This document shows positions 12,121-23,302 of a stretch of 64,000 bases of DNA, piece after piece. The DNA comes from Eledone cirrhosa (lineage: Eukaryota): the NCBI GenBank assembly GCA_964016885.1, contig OZ024743.1, forward strand, positions 105,028,001-105,092,000, in the 5' to 3' direction. The notes under the pieces are model-generated. The model was not told the origin of the DNA. It did not search any database and saw nothing but the letters and a program-made list of their open reading frames with translations. Position 1 is the stretch's first letter; every line of letters starts with the position of its first letter. Position numbers and translations under genes: made by a program.

Positions 12121-12779
12121 CTGTGGTGCTGTTTATCGTTTTATCATTATTAGTGATGGTAATAGTGGTGATTGTGTCGTTGTTTGTTGATGTGATGTTA
12201 GTGGTGTTGGTGTTCGTGTTGTTGGTGGTGATTGTGGTGTTGTGTGTTGGTGTGGTGTTAGTAATGTTGGTGTTAATGGTGCTGGTGTTAGTGTTGTTGG
12301 TACTGATTGTGTCGTTGTTTGTGGCTGTGGTGTTAGTAGTGTTGATGTTAGTAGTATTGGTGTTAGTGGTGGTGATTGTGGCGTTGTGTATCGTTATGGC
12401 CCTAAAACAACAGTGGATTGTTCACGCTGATGTATGATCTAGAGGAGAAAAACCAAATCGATAGACCGTGATTTGGGCTACCAATATCAGTTATCATGGA
12501 TAAGAAATACTTGCTAAGACCACAATAGTGGCGTGGGAACGTCTAACTGACTAGTATTTAGAGGATATGGGGTTTTCACAGGTCGAAATATATCTTTAAA
12601 CGCGCTACTTAATGTTTAGGTTTCAAGTACGAGAGAGGTAAGGTGATACCAGCATTAACCATCCTGCGTTTAAGCATTATCAATTTAATAAGTTTGTCTT
12701 TATCTCATTCGCCCTCTCAACATACACCTCTACAAAAACTCTCTATATATAATATTTAACATGAACACAAATAATTTTT

Positions 12780-12876
12780 TTTTCTATTTTAGGCACAAGG
12801 CCAGCAATTACCCAGTACATTACTGGTACTTTATTTTATCTACCCCGTAAGGATGAAAGGCAAAGTTAACCTTGGC
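12780..12876 (-). mobile_element. SINE family A, 3' half (short-tail variant)
   Basis: AGGCACAAGGCCAGCAATTACCCAGT..ACTGGTACTTTATTTTATC..GTAAGGATGAAAGGCAAAGTTAACC. Confidence 0.85.
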
Positions 12877-12969
12877 CTATACCTCATTATTGCTCATAAG
12901 AAGCTTAGCGAACTATCCACCCGCTTTGGTGAAACACGATAACTAGATTGTAAGAAAATATACAATATT

Positions 12970-13090
12970 ATGTATACATATGTGTACAAAAATACATACA
13001 TACATTTATACATACATACACCATGCATACACACATACATACATACATACATAATACACAGACACACGCATACACACACACATATATGGA

Positions 13091-13142
<52 letters not shown>

Positions 13143-13145
13143 CTG

Positions 13146-13179
<34 letters not shown>

Positions 13180-13271
13180 GGTTTGTGCATCTAAATGTGA
13201 GTGTAATAGAAACGCGCACACAGATACAACCCTGTTTCATTCACTCTATATATCTCTCGAAATTTTAATTC

Positions 13272-13340
<69 letters not shown>
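12970..13340. repeat. Microsatellite cluster (CATA)n,(CT)n,(TA)n,(GT)n,(TCTA)n
   Basis: Direct reading. Confidence 0.9.
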
Positions 13341-13850
13341 GCTATTTATTTTTCGGTCTGTCTGATACCTAACGATTTTCTAAATATCTTCCATAAGCTT
13401 TTTGAATTCCTGTTTGAATTCTATTATTTTTCCCCTCTTTATTCAGAATCTCATAAAATATGATTGATGACATTCGGTCTTGTGGGGTTATATAAAACTT
13501 TCTTCTTCAATTACCAATATAATTAAATATGGAGATTTTGTTTTGCTGAAGAAGTTCTGAGAGGAGGTCTAAGGTCTTAAATATATTCAGACTGTGTTCT
13601 TTGTTTTGCGCATGAATCCTCTCTTTAGGTTTGAATAAAACCATTGAAATTAACCAATTAATGTTAAGGCTTGTTTTACGTTGATAACATTGAAATAATC
13701 AGACAGCAGGCAAATCTTCGCCGTCATATGACACTGTGTATTGTCGTTAGCTTTGTCCGGAAAATGTGTCACATACACACACACAAGCACACACATACTC
13801 TCACAAACACACCCTCACACACTCACACACACACAAACACATACACACAA

Positions 13851-13882
<32 letters not shown>

Positions 13883-14451
13883 GTTCATATGTATTACATA
13901 ATATAATTATTAATATGTCCGTAATATTATCGATAAGTATGCTCTGGAATTATGCTCTGGAATACGAAATTTTCGCAACTAATTTCCATTGAGCTTTTAT
14001 GGGATTTGCTTATGGCTATTTTATGTACTGACCCCTTAAATGGTTGAGCTGCTTCATTGAAAGAATTGGTGCGCTATTTCTAGCTCCCCTATCAAACTCT
14101 TTGTTGTCCAATTGATGCAAAAAGCACACGGTGTCTCGTTTATTTCAGCATGGCGTTACCTGCTTAACTTAACAACACAAATGAATCAGTTTTCAACTGA
14201 TCTCAATGGATAGCCTTTATTTTGTAGCACTAAAAAGACATACCTACTGATGAAAACCAAGTCTTTTATTTAATTAATTATCTTATTTATTTTAACTATG
14301 GTAAGTAATAACTTTATGCCTGATTATTTTCTGTTTTGTCATATGTACTACAAGGCATTCGGGGTGGCCTTCTCACAATACAACAGATTTTACAGGCAGT
14401 CTCTGGATTGAATTTTCATTTTTCAATTACCTTGTATCTGTCCCCTATCTT

Positions 14452-14500
<49 letters not shown>

Positions 14501-14505
<5 letters not shown>

Positions 14506-14971
14506 GATAACAAGTTATCGTTATAGGTAATCCAGTTAGAGGTTGTGAGTACTTTGCGCCGTGGATAGTTTTAACGTACGGCTTTGTTTGACTCAACAAG
14601 GTGCTTCCATAGTTATGCAGCGAGTTCGCGGTAATTTCTATGCAAATTATACTTGGAGTAATAATAGTGAAATGATGGAGAGTAACATGGTTGGCTGTAC
14701 AATAAGGGGCTTTATTTAAAGTACTGACAATCGTTTCGTTGATCAGATGAGTCCAGAGTTCGCTAATCGCTTGAAGTTTCGTCACTCGATCTCCAATACA
14801 TTATATCTACGTACTCTGATGCGTTGACCAGAGGTAAATAATGAATTGGAGATCGAGTGACGCAACTTCAAGCAATTAGCGAACTCTAGACTCACCTGAT
14901 CAACGAAACGATTGTCAGTACTTTAAATAAAGCCCCTTATTGTACAGCCAACCATGTTACTCTTCATTCTT

Positions 14972-14978
<7 letters not shown>
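14501..14978. mobile_element. Non-coding hammerhead-bearing element family 1 (Penelope-like/retrozyme type) with ~140-bp inverted arms
   Basis: 14664-14804 is the reverse complement of 14838-14978 with a few mismatches; flanked by (TA)n at 14454-14503 and 14976-15017; contains a hammerhead fold at 14811-14921. Confidence 0.7.
14811..14921 (+). ncRNA. Type I hammerhead ribozyme motif (A9C core variant, palindromic minimal stem III)
   Basis: Stem I GTACT(14811-15)/AGTAC(14917-21); core CTGATGC; stem II GTTGAcCAG/CTGaTCAAC; GAAA 14905-08; stem III ACGATTGT; GUC cleavage triplet ending at 14916. Confidence 0.72.
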
Positions 14979-15019
<41 letters not shown>

Positions 15020-15086
15020 CAGGTTTAGCAAATAATGAAAAAGTTTCAAAATAAATTTTAAAAAATTGACTTTACTTACTATAGTT

Positions 15087-15170
15087 ACCTTTACCGAATC
15101 GGTTTCGAATCTCAAAAATAAACGGAGACCATACAGCCTTCGTTGCAAAGAAAGATTCTCGTCAGAAGGT
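15087..15170 (-). ncRNA. Type I hammerhead ribozyme (inverted copy)
   Basis: Reverse complement of 15734-15817 with core and all three stems intact. Confidence 0.85.
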
Positions 15171-15733
15171 TCTTTTCATTCGAAGAATATAAAATTCATG
15201 AATTTAAATTACGAACTAGCGCTATCCAAAACTGTTCCCGAGATGAGAGTAAATGAAGTGGAATCAATTTTTTCAAGGGCCGAAGTAAAGATAGAGGCAG
15301 AGGGAGGTAGGTCAAACGGCCACCACTATCACTAGCAGCAGTCGGGACGACCAAATTTTTTTCTCAACATAGAGGAGAATAGTAATAATAGGATATGTGT
15401 TCCTACACGCACAAAGCGCTAAGGGACACATGTATTGTCCAACCATATGCCAATTTGGTTCAATGGCAGGTTAATAAATTAACGAGCCACAACATATATA
15501 ATCAGGTTTAGCAAATAATGATAAAGTTTCAAAATAAATTTTAAAAAATTTGGTCGTTCCGACTGCTGCTAGTGATAGTGGTAGCCGTTTGACCTACCTC
15601 CCTCTGCCTCTATCTTTACTTCGGCCCTTGTAAAAATTGATTCCACTTCATTTACTCTCATCTCGGGAACAGTTTTGGATAGCGCTAGTTCGTAATTTAA
15701 ATTCATGAATTTTATATTCTTCGAATGAAAAGA

Positions 15734-15817
15734 ACCTTCTGACGAGAATCTTTCTTTGCAACGAAGGCCGTATGGTCTCCGTTTATTTTTGAGATTCGAA
15801 ACCGATTCGGTAAAGGT
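15734..15817 (+). ncRNA. Type I hammerhead ribozyme
   Basis: Stem I ACCTT(15734-38)/AAGGT(15813-17); core CTGACGA(15739-45); stem II GAATCT(15746-51)/AGATTC(15792-97) closing a 40-nt loop; GAAA(15798-801); stem III ACCG-ATT-CGGT; GUA triplet with predicted cleavage after 15812. All conserved core positions match the consensus. Confidence 0.88.
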
Positions 15818-15996
15818 AACTATAGTAAGTAAAGTCAATTTTTTAAAATTTATTTTGAAACTTTTTCATTATTTGCTAAACCTGATTATATATGTTCTGG
15901 CTCGTTAATTTATTAACCTGCCATTGAACCACATTGGCATATGGTTGGACAATACATGTGTCCCTTAGCGCTTTGTGCGTGTAGGAACACATATCC

Positions 15997-16042
<46 letters not shown>

Positions 16043-16096
16043 AAGTTAAATAAAAGTCAAATGATTAAAATTTAGCTTCGTTTATTACTGCGTTTA

Positions 16097-16097
<1 letters not shown>

Positions 16098-16127
<30 letters not shown>

Positions 16128-16190
16128 CATACATACATACATACATACATACATACATACATACATACATACATGTATATAAATATATAC

Positions 16191-16231
<41 letters not shown>

Positions 16232-16262
16232 CGTGTTTGTGTGTATGTATGTATACATATAT
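16098..16262. repeat. (CATA)n and (TA)n microsatellites
   Basis: Direct reading. Confidence 0.95.
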
Positions 16263-16269
16263 ATTTATG

Positions 16270-16878
16270 TCAGGACACCAGTTGGTGCTACTGGTAACAT
16301 GTATCCCGGTACAACTCGTCTCATGGTCGGGTCGTTGGCGACTAAACTGGCAACCCCACCAAGGTTTCTTGGTGAGGAGAGTGACTTTGGACATCCTGCA
16401 GAACTAAAAACAAAACATGTCAAAGGGCAAGGGAGCTCTTAAGAGTCAATGGCCATCCAAAATCACCGGGAGAGATGACCCCTTAGCCTTTGTCAAGGCA
16501 GAATTCTAGGAGAAGGAAAACTCTGATATAACACCTGCAACCCTGATGGTATCCAATGATGTTGACTTGTTCTTCTTTTTGGTAAATATCATCTTGGTTA
16601 AGAGAGTGGGACTGGTTTTGTGCAGTGCCTTTGCTCACTATAAACGCTTCACGGCACAGGCATTGCTTTATATCTGGAGATCTCTCTGCACTTGTCGTCA
16701 CATGGTACCATGGGCCCAGCACTATGTGTCAATAATTGTCACAAGTGTAGTGTTTGTACCATAGTTTTCAAGTCGCTGGCTGGACTAAAAAGTCACACTC
16801 GTTCAGCGCATCGGTAGGGGTTCTCCTACATGGATATAAAGTAGTGGCCGTACTCGAAAACGAGTTTGCAGCCACCAT
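16270..16878 (+). mobile_element. Non-autonomous RTE-derived element (5' UTR joined to the 3' end)
   Basis: Shares its 5' block (GCTACTGGTAACATG..CAACC..GGACATCCTGCAG..AAAGGGC..GAGTCAA) with copies at 35770 and 37685. The 3' part encodes CSVCTIVFKSLAGLKSHTRSAH (RTE-like C-terminal zinc finger) and ends GTGGCCGTACTCGAAAACGAG..GCAGCCACCAT. Confidence 0.7.
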
Positions 16879-17039
16879 ATATATATATATAAATATATAA
16901 ATTACCATTATAATAGTCGATCATTGTAACTGATATTAAAATGCTTGTTGAACTTGTTGAACAACTGGAAAACACATCATCGGCTATGACGATGTGTTTT
17001 CCAGTTGTTCCAAAAATAGAACAATGGAATAGCTTGTTC

Positions 17040-17290
17040 TTGGAATTAATGTGCAAATGGCTGACCTTTTAATAGACATGCGTACCCTTAACGTTGTTCT
17101 TAGTTAGACCCAGCACTAGACAGTATGTGACAAAACTAGCATTTTGAATTACCTGTACAGCCCATCCAATAGGCTTCCAAACAGTTTCTGCCTACCAAGT
17201 TACACTGATACCCGACGCTATTGTAAATTACATTTCTTCAAAATGTCACTTCGTAGGATCAAACGCGAGACCTTATGGTAACAGAGTAAA
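17040..17290 (-). mobile_element. SINE family B (degenerate)
   Basis: Colinear similarity to 5185-5440. Confidence 0.55.
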
Positions 17291-17361
17291 ATCGGTAGCT
17301 TATTGGACATGATACCTCGCAATGAATATTTACGTATCGAAATCCTGGACACGTCGATAAA

Positions 17362-17478
17362 TAGTACTAGATCGATTCTTTATATTTATGCTCTAGTCAA
17401 CTCTGTTTGAATATATACAGTAGTACTAGATTGATTTTTAATATTTATGCTCTAGTCAAATATGTTAAAATATATACA
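17362..17478. repeat. ~59-bp diverged tandem duplication
   Basis: TAGTACTAGAT.GATT.TT.ATATTTATGCTCTAGTCAA..TGTT..AATATATAC occurs twice. Confidence 0.8.
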
Positions 17479-17493
17479 TACATATATACATAT

Positions 17494-17548
<55 letters not shown>

Positions 17549-17693
17549 ATAAAAGTAAGTAGATTACAAACAAAAACGGGAAAACGAGACAGATCTCGTT
17601 GCAGCATTTAAATCTTCGAATGAAGCGTCTCTTTTAACAGTTGTTACACACGCACACACACATACACGCACGCGCGCACACACACACACATTT

Positions 17694-17918
<225 letters not shown>

Positions 17919-17946
17919 TAACAGATTTTAGTCTTCACATTTATTA

Positions 17947-18572
17947 TCTATATATCTAAAACAGAATGTCTGTCTGTATGTCTGTCAGCTCACTAAAACT
18001 CGAGAACCACCCAACCGATTGTTTTCAAATTTTACACATGTAATACTTATGGTCCTGTGAGTGTGTTGAGCAAAGACAATTTTCAATGCCCTAGGGACCG
18101 CATTAGGCGATTTAGCGATCTCTCTCTAACAATTCATAGTCTTTCTCTTTTTAGATAGATACATAGATATAATGTTGCGCCCTTATAATATCTGTCTGTA
18201 TGTCTGACTGTCTGCATTACGACATTATGACGCTGTGTGTGTATACATAGTGTGTGTATATATAGTGTGTGTATATATATATATATATAGTGTGTAACGT
18301 TTTTCGAAATATTTACTTCTGCGTTCACAGATTGATTCTTTTAGTTTCAGAAGACCCCGTTAAGGGTGAATGCAGCGATTCTTTGCTTAAACTATAATCT
18401 GTTATTTTAATATATATATATAATTATATATTCGCGTACAGATATTTTTGCATACACAATAACAAATTATAAACAAACGTATTTATTTCACGAGGCTCGA
18501 TAAGGATATATATATATCAAATATATAAGAACCCTAGAGCAAATCCCGAGCAATGCCGGGCGATTCTGCTAG
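17947..18572 (+). mobile_element. Complete non-autonomous Helitron
   Basis: Inserted between A(17946) and T(18573). 5' end TCTATATATCTAAAA followed by a TGTC-type microsatellite and CTCGAGAACCACCCAACCGATT; 3' GC hairpin CCCGAGCAATGCCGGG (18545-60) then CTAG (18569-72). Confidence 0.85.
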
Positions 18573-18590
18573 TTATTACTATTATATAAA

Positions 18591-18783
18591 CGGCCGAGCA
18601 TTGGCAGTATCGGTAGAGGGTCGGACGCTATGCATTGACGCATAGAGTTACGGCCCTTGCCATTCTGAGTTCAAATCCCGTGGAGGTTAACTTTGCCTTT
18701 CATCCTTACGGGGTCGATGAAATAAAGTACCAGTAATGCACTAGGTTAATGCTGGCCTTGTGCCAAAAGTAGAAACAATTATT
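18591..18783 (+). mobile_element. SINE family A, full length with 16-bp TSD
   Basis: A box TGGCAGTATCGGTAGA, B box GAGTTCAAATCC, core TTGCCTTTCATCCTTACGGGGTCGATGAAATAAAGTACCAG; TTATTACTATTATATA repeated at 18573-88 and 18779-94. Confidence 0.9.
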
Positions 18784-19393
18784 ACTATTATATATATATC
18801 AATATTATAGAAAGAGTTCCAGGAATGATTATCCTTTAATATTTGCATGCGTTAAATATCTCGGTCTACATTGTCCCCGGTGTCCTTCATTTTCCAAACG
18901 CAAGTTGGTATTTGAAGGATATATGACTGCTATTTGAAGCGCAATTTTTGGGTCGACAAAATTATTTCGCAAACCCTGAAATATATCACATTTATAGACT
19001 TCATTAAGATAACATAACTAACGTGAAACTGCAATAACAGGAGATGGAAATGGAACATGGTTTAAGCTCAACAAAAAAGATTATCTCTTACTTAAGAAGA
19101 ATTTTCTATGTATACATAAGACTATCGGTATGTGTTAATACCAAAACGAAAGCTATAGCCATTGATCATGACCTCTCATCAATCTTACTATTAAATGTTT
19201 GCTTAGAAATTCTCGATTACTAAAAGTAAGATTACAGTATATTAGCATGTATGTGTGAGCGTGTGTACATGGTTTGATATATCGAGAACTATATTTAATT
19301 CTTTACACATAAACACATACACATGCAGCTGCTTATACATACATACATATATACATACATGTATAAACACACACTTATGTACACTTATGTACA

Positions 19394-20217
<824 letters not shown>

Positions 20218-20296
20218 CTGTTTATATGTATGTGTTGCAAATACGTCCATGGGATGTAAAAAGGAAGAGAGTGATTTATCTAGTTCAAGAGAGATA

Positions 20297-20469
20297 ATTT
20301 ATTATGATTCCTACATGTAACACGTGTTGCGCTACCTTAGGTCTCAAGGAACTGGCCTGTTAGGTAGCATGTGCAGATTGGACACGGTGTTTCAAAAAGC
20401 CAGTGCAACGCATAGGCCTATTTTATTAGTCAAGCACAATACATGTTACGTGTATGAACCATAATAAAT
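20297..20469. mobile_element. Small MITE-like element with 37-bp imperfect terminal inverted repeats
   Basis: 20297-20333 matches the reverse complement of 20433-20469 at 31/37 positions. Confidence 0.6.
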
Positions 20470-21353
20470 GTATATGTGTTCACCCGAGGTTTTAACAACG
20501 TCAATTTTGCATGTTGTACGAATGTACATAAACCACAAATCAAATATAACATGTTCTTACTGTTCTTTCGCCATGAAATAATTCTGCTTATTAATTACAA
20601 GAAATTCATTACACAGTAGCATTCTTGAGAGGAGACCTTGGAGTATACGAACATTGAAAAAACCCCCAAAAACTATTAAAATACAAAAAACAGTTGCATT
20701 GGAAAATTTAATGGTTTCGAAGCTTATCAAACACCTGGGCTGTTTCGATCATGTCTCATCTTATTACTGGTTCATATCCTATCTTTGCTTAATTAAGCCG
20801 TTGTTGGTGGTGGGGCACCATTTTATAGATAATAAATGTCGTTATATTAAATTGAATAAACCGCAAGTTGAAATATGACTAAAAAGAAAAAAAAATATAT
20901 ATTCCTTCCCTACATATATATATATATATATACACATGTACATACACATGCATACAGACATGCACATACATACACAAGCAATACATACATACAGACACAC
21001 ATAAATACATACATACAGACACACATAGATACATACACACATACATACATACACACTTACATATATACGCATACATGTAGACACACACAGATATACACGG
21101 ACTGACAGACAGATTCCCCCTCTCCACAGTAGATTTGCGGCCAAGTGCCTAAAGTTAAAAATCATTGTTATATATGGTTATATATATTTTTCTGTATTTT
21201 ATGTTTGGCATTAAAATTTCAGACATTTCAAGAAAGGAATTTAATCAATTGTGGCAGTTGCATTACAAAACGTTAGAAGAATTGTGTCCAAGACACACAA
21301 GAAATAATACACACTTGGCCTTATTTCAAAGCAAAATCTATTCGGATTTTGGA

Positions 21354-21389
21354 TATTATTATTATTATTATTATTGTTGCTGCTGCTGC

Positions 21390-21471
<82 letters not shown>

Positions 21472-21533
21472 CTTCTTCTTCTTCTTCTTCTTCTTCTTCT
21501 TCTTCTTCTTCTTCTTCTTCTTCTTCTTCTTCT
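21354..21533. repeat. Compound trinucleotide microsatellite (TAT)n(TGC)n(TGT)n(TCT)n
   Basis: Direct reading. Confidence 0.97.
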
Positions 21534-21799
21534 GTTATCATGCTGTTGTTTTCTATATTGTTGTTGTTGGTCTCCATTTAGCTTTGTTTTCAAAATTTTC
21601 GTCGATTTCCTTCATGGTTGACATTGTCATCGTCCTAATTGTTGCTGTTATTATTGTTGTTATTTTCACATTTCTAGTTGTTGTCATTGTTACTGTTGCT
21701 CTTGTCATTGTTGTTGTTGTTGTTGTTTTAAATTAATATATCTTGTTGTTGTCGTATTTTTTTGTGTTTTTGCGTTCTTTTTCAACATCTTCTAATCTT

Positions 21800-22110
21800 T
21801 TTCCTCCTCCCCCGCCTCCTCCTCCTCATCCTCATGCTCCTCCCACTCCGGTTCCTCCTCCTCCTGCTCTTCCTCCTCATCCTCACCCCTCCTTCTCCAC
21901 CTCCTCCGCCTCCTTTTCCTCCTCCTCAATCTTCTCCTCCTCCTACTCGTCCTTCTCGTCGTCGTCCTCTCACTCCTCCTCAATCTTCTCCTCCTCTTCC
22001 TTTTCCTCAATCTTCACCCCCTCGTCCTCCTTCACGCCCCCGCTCCTCCTTTTCTTTCTCCCCCATCTTTTTAATGTACTCTCCGCTCCCCGACTCCCGT
22101 CCTCATTGTC
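21800..22110. repeat. CCT-rich polypyrimidine low-complexity tract
   Basis: Degenerate (CCT)n. Confidence 0.85.
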
Positions 22111-22189
22111 ATCAGTGTCACCATTCTCATAATTCCTCCCAATTCCACCATCACAACAGCTATCACCATAAGCCACACTCACCACTCCC

Positions 22190-23302
22190 ACTTTCATCAT
22201 CACCCCCCCCATCACCTGCTCCCCCACCACCTCCACCACCACGCTCTTCTCCACAACCTAAACTACCACTTACATCTCCACCACCAACACCTTCATCATT
22301 ACCGCCACCACCATCATCAACATCACCACCCCCCATCACCTGCTCCCCCACCACCTCCACCACCACGCTCTTCTCCACAACCTAAACTACCACTTACATC
22401 TCCACCACCAACACCTTCATCATTACCGCCACCACCATCATCAACATCCCCCCCCCCCATCATCTGCTCCCCCACCACCTCCACCACAACGGCCTTCTCC
22501 ACAACCTAAACTACCACTTACATCTCCACCACCAACACCTTCATCATTACCGCCACCACCATCATCAACATCATCACCCCCCATCATCTGCTCCCCCACC
22601 ACCTCCACCACAACGGCCTTCTCCACAACCTAAACTACCACTTACATCTCCACCACCAACACCTTCATCATTACCGCCACCACCATCATCAACATCATCA
22701 CCCCCCATCATCTGCTCCCCCACCACCTCCACCACAACGGCCTTCTCCACAACCTAAACTACCACTTACATCTCCACCACCAACACCTTCATCATTACCG
22801 CCACCACCATCATCAACATCATCACCCCCCATCATCTGCTCCCCCACCACCTCCACCACAACGGCCTTCTCCACAACCTAAACTACCACTTACATCTCCA
22901 CCACCAACACCTTCATCATTACCGCCACCACCATCATCAACATCATCACCCCCCATCATCTGCTCCCCCACCACCTCCACCACAACGGCCTTCTCCACAA
23001 CCTAAACTACCACTTACATCTCCACCACCAACACCTTCATCATTACCGCCACCACCATCATCAACATCATCACCCCCCATCATCTGCTCCCCCACCACCT
23101 CCACCACAACGGCCTTCTCCACAACCTAAACTACCACTTACATCTCCACCACTAACACCTTCATCATTACCGCCACCACCATCATCAACATCATCACCCC
23201 CCATCATCTGCTCCCCCACCACCTCCACCACAACGGCCTTCTCCACAACCTAAACTACCACTTACATCTCCACCACTAACACCTTCATCATTACCGCCAC
23301 CA
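22190..23302. repeat. 124-bp tandem repeat, 9 copies
   Basis: ACAACCTAAACTACCACTTACATCTCC recurs at 22253, 22377, 22501, 22625, 22749, 22873, 22997, 23121 and 23245. Confidence 0.97.

Larger units (their letters stand above)
15011..16002. mobile_element. Non-coding hammerhead-bearing element family 2 (Penelope-like/retrozyme type); two near-identical copies in opposite orientation
   Basis: 15011-15361 is the reverse complement of 15543-15893; 15385-15550 is the reverse complement of 15837-16002; (TA)n on both sides. Confidence 0.8.

Noticed and set aside
12430-12550. Possible LINE C-terminal remnant (WATNI..LLR..W)
   Set aside because: Too short and frameshifted to support.
15066-15838. Duplicated 89-aa ORFs (15066-15335 +, 15569-15838 -) as a gene pair
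   Set aside because: They start at TTG, are antisense to the hammerhead strand, have no domain signal, and exist twice only because of the inverted duplication.
15385-16002. Classical MITE with 166-bp TIRs
   Set aside because: The adjacent permuted copy, the microhomology junction and the internal hammerhead fit a retro-derived inversion better; not fully excluded.
20700-20765. Minus-strand GATGA..GAAAC and TTGATAA-GCTTC-GAAAC hammerhead look-alikes
   Set aside because: No convincing stem I or stem III pairing.
22190-23302. CRISPR-like regular array
   Set aside because: Whole units repeat with no unique spacers; eukaryotic context and no cas genes.
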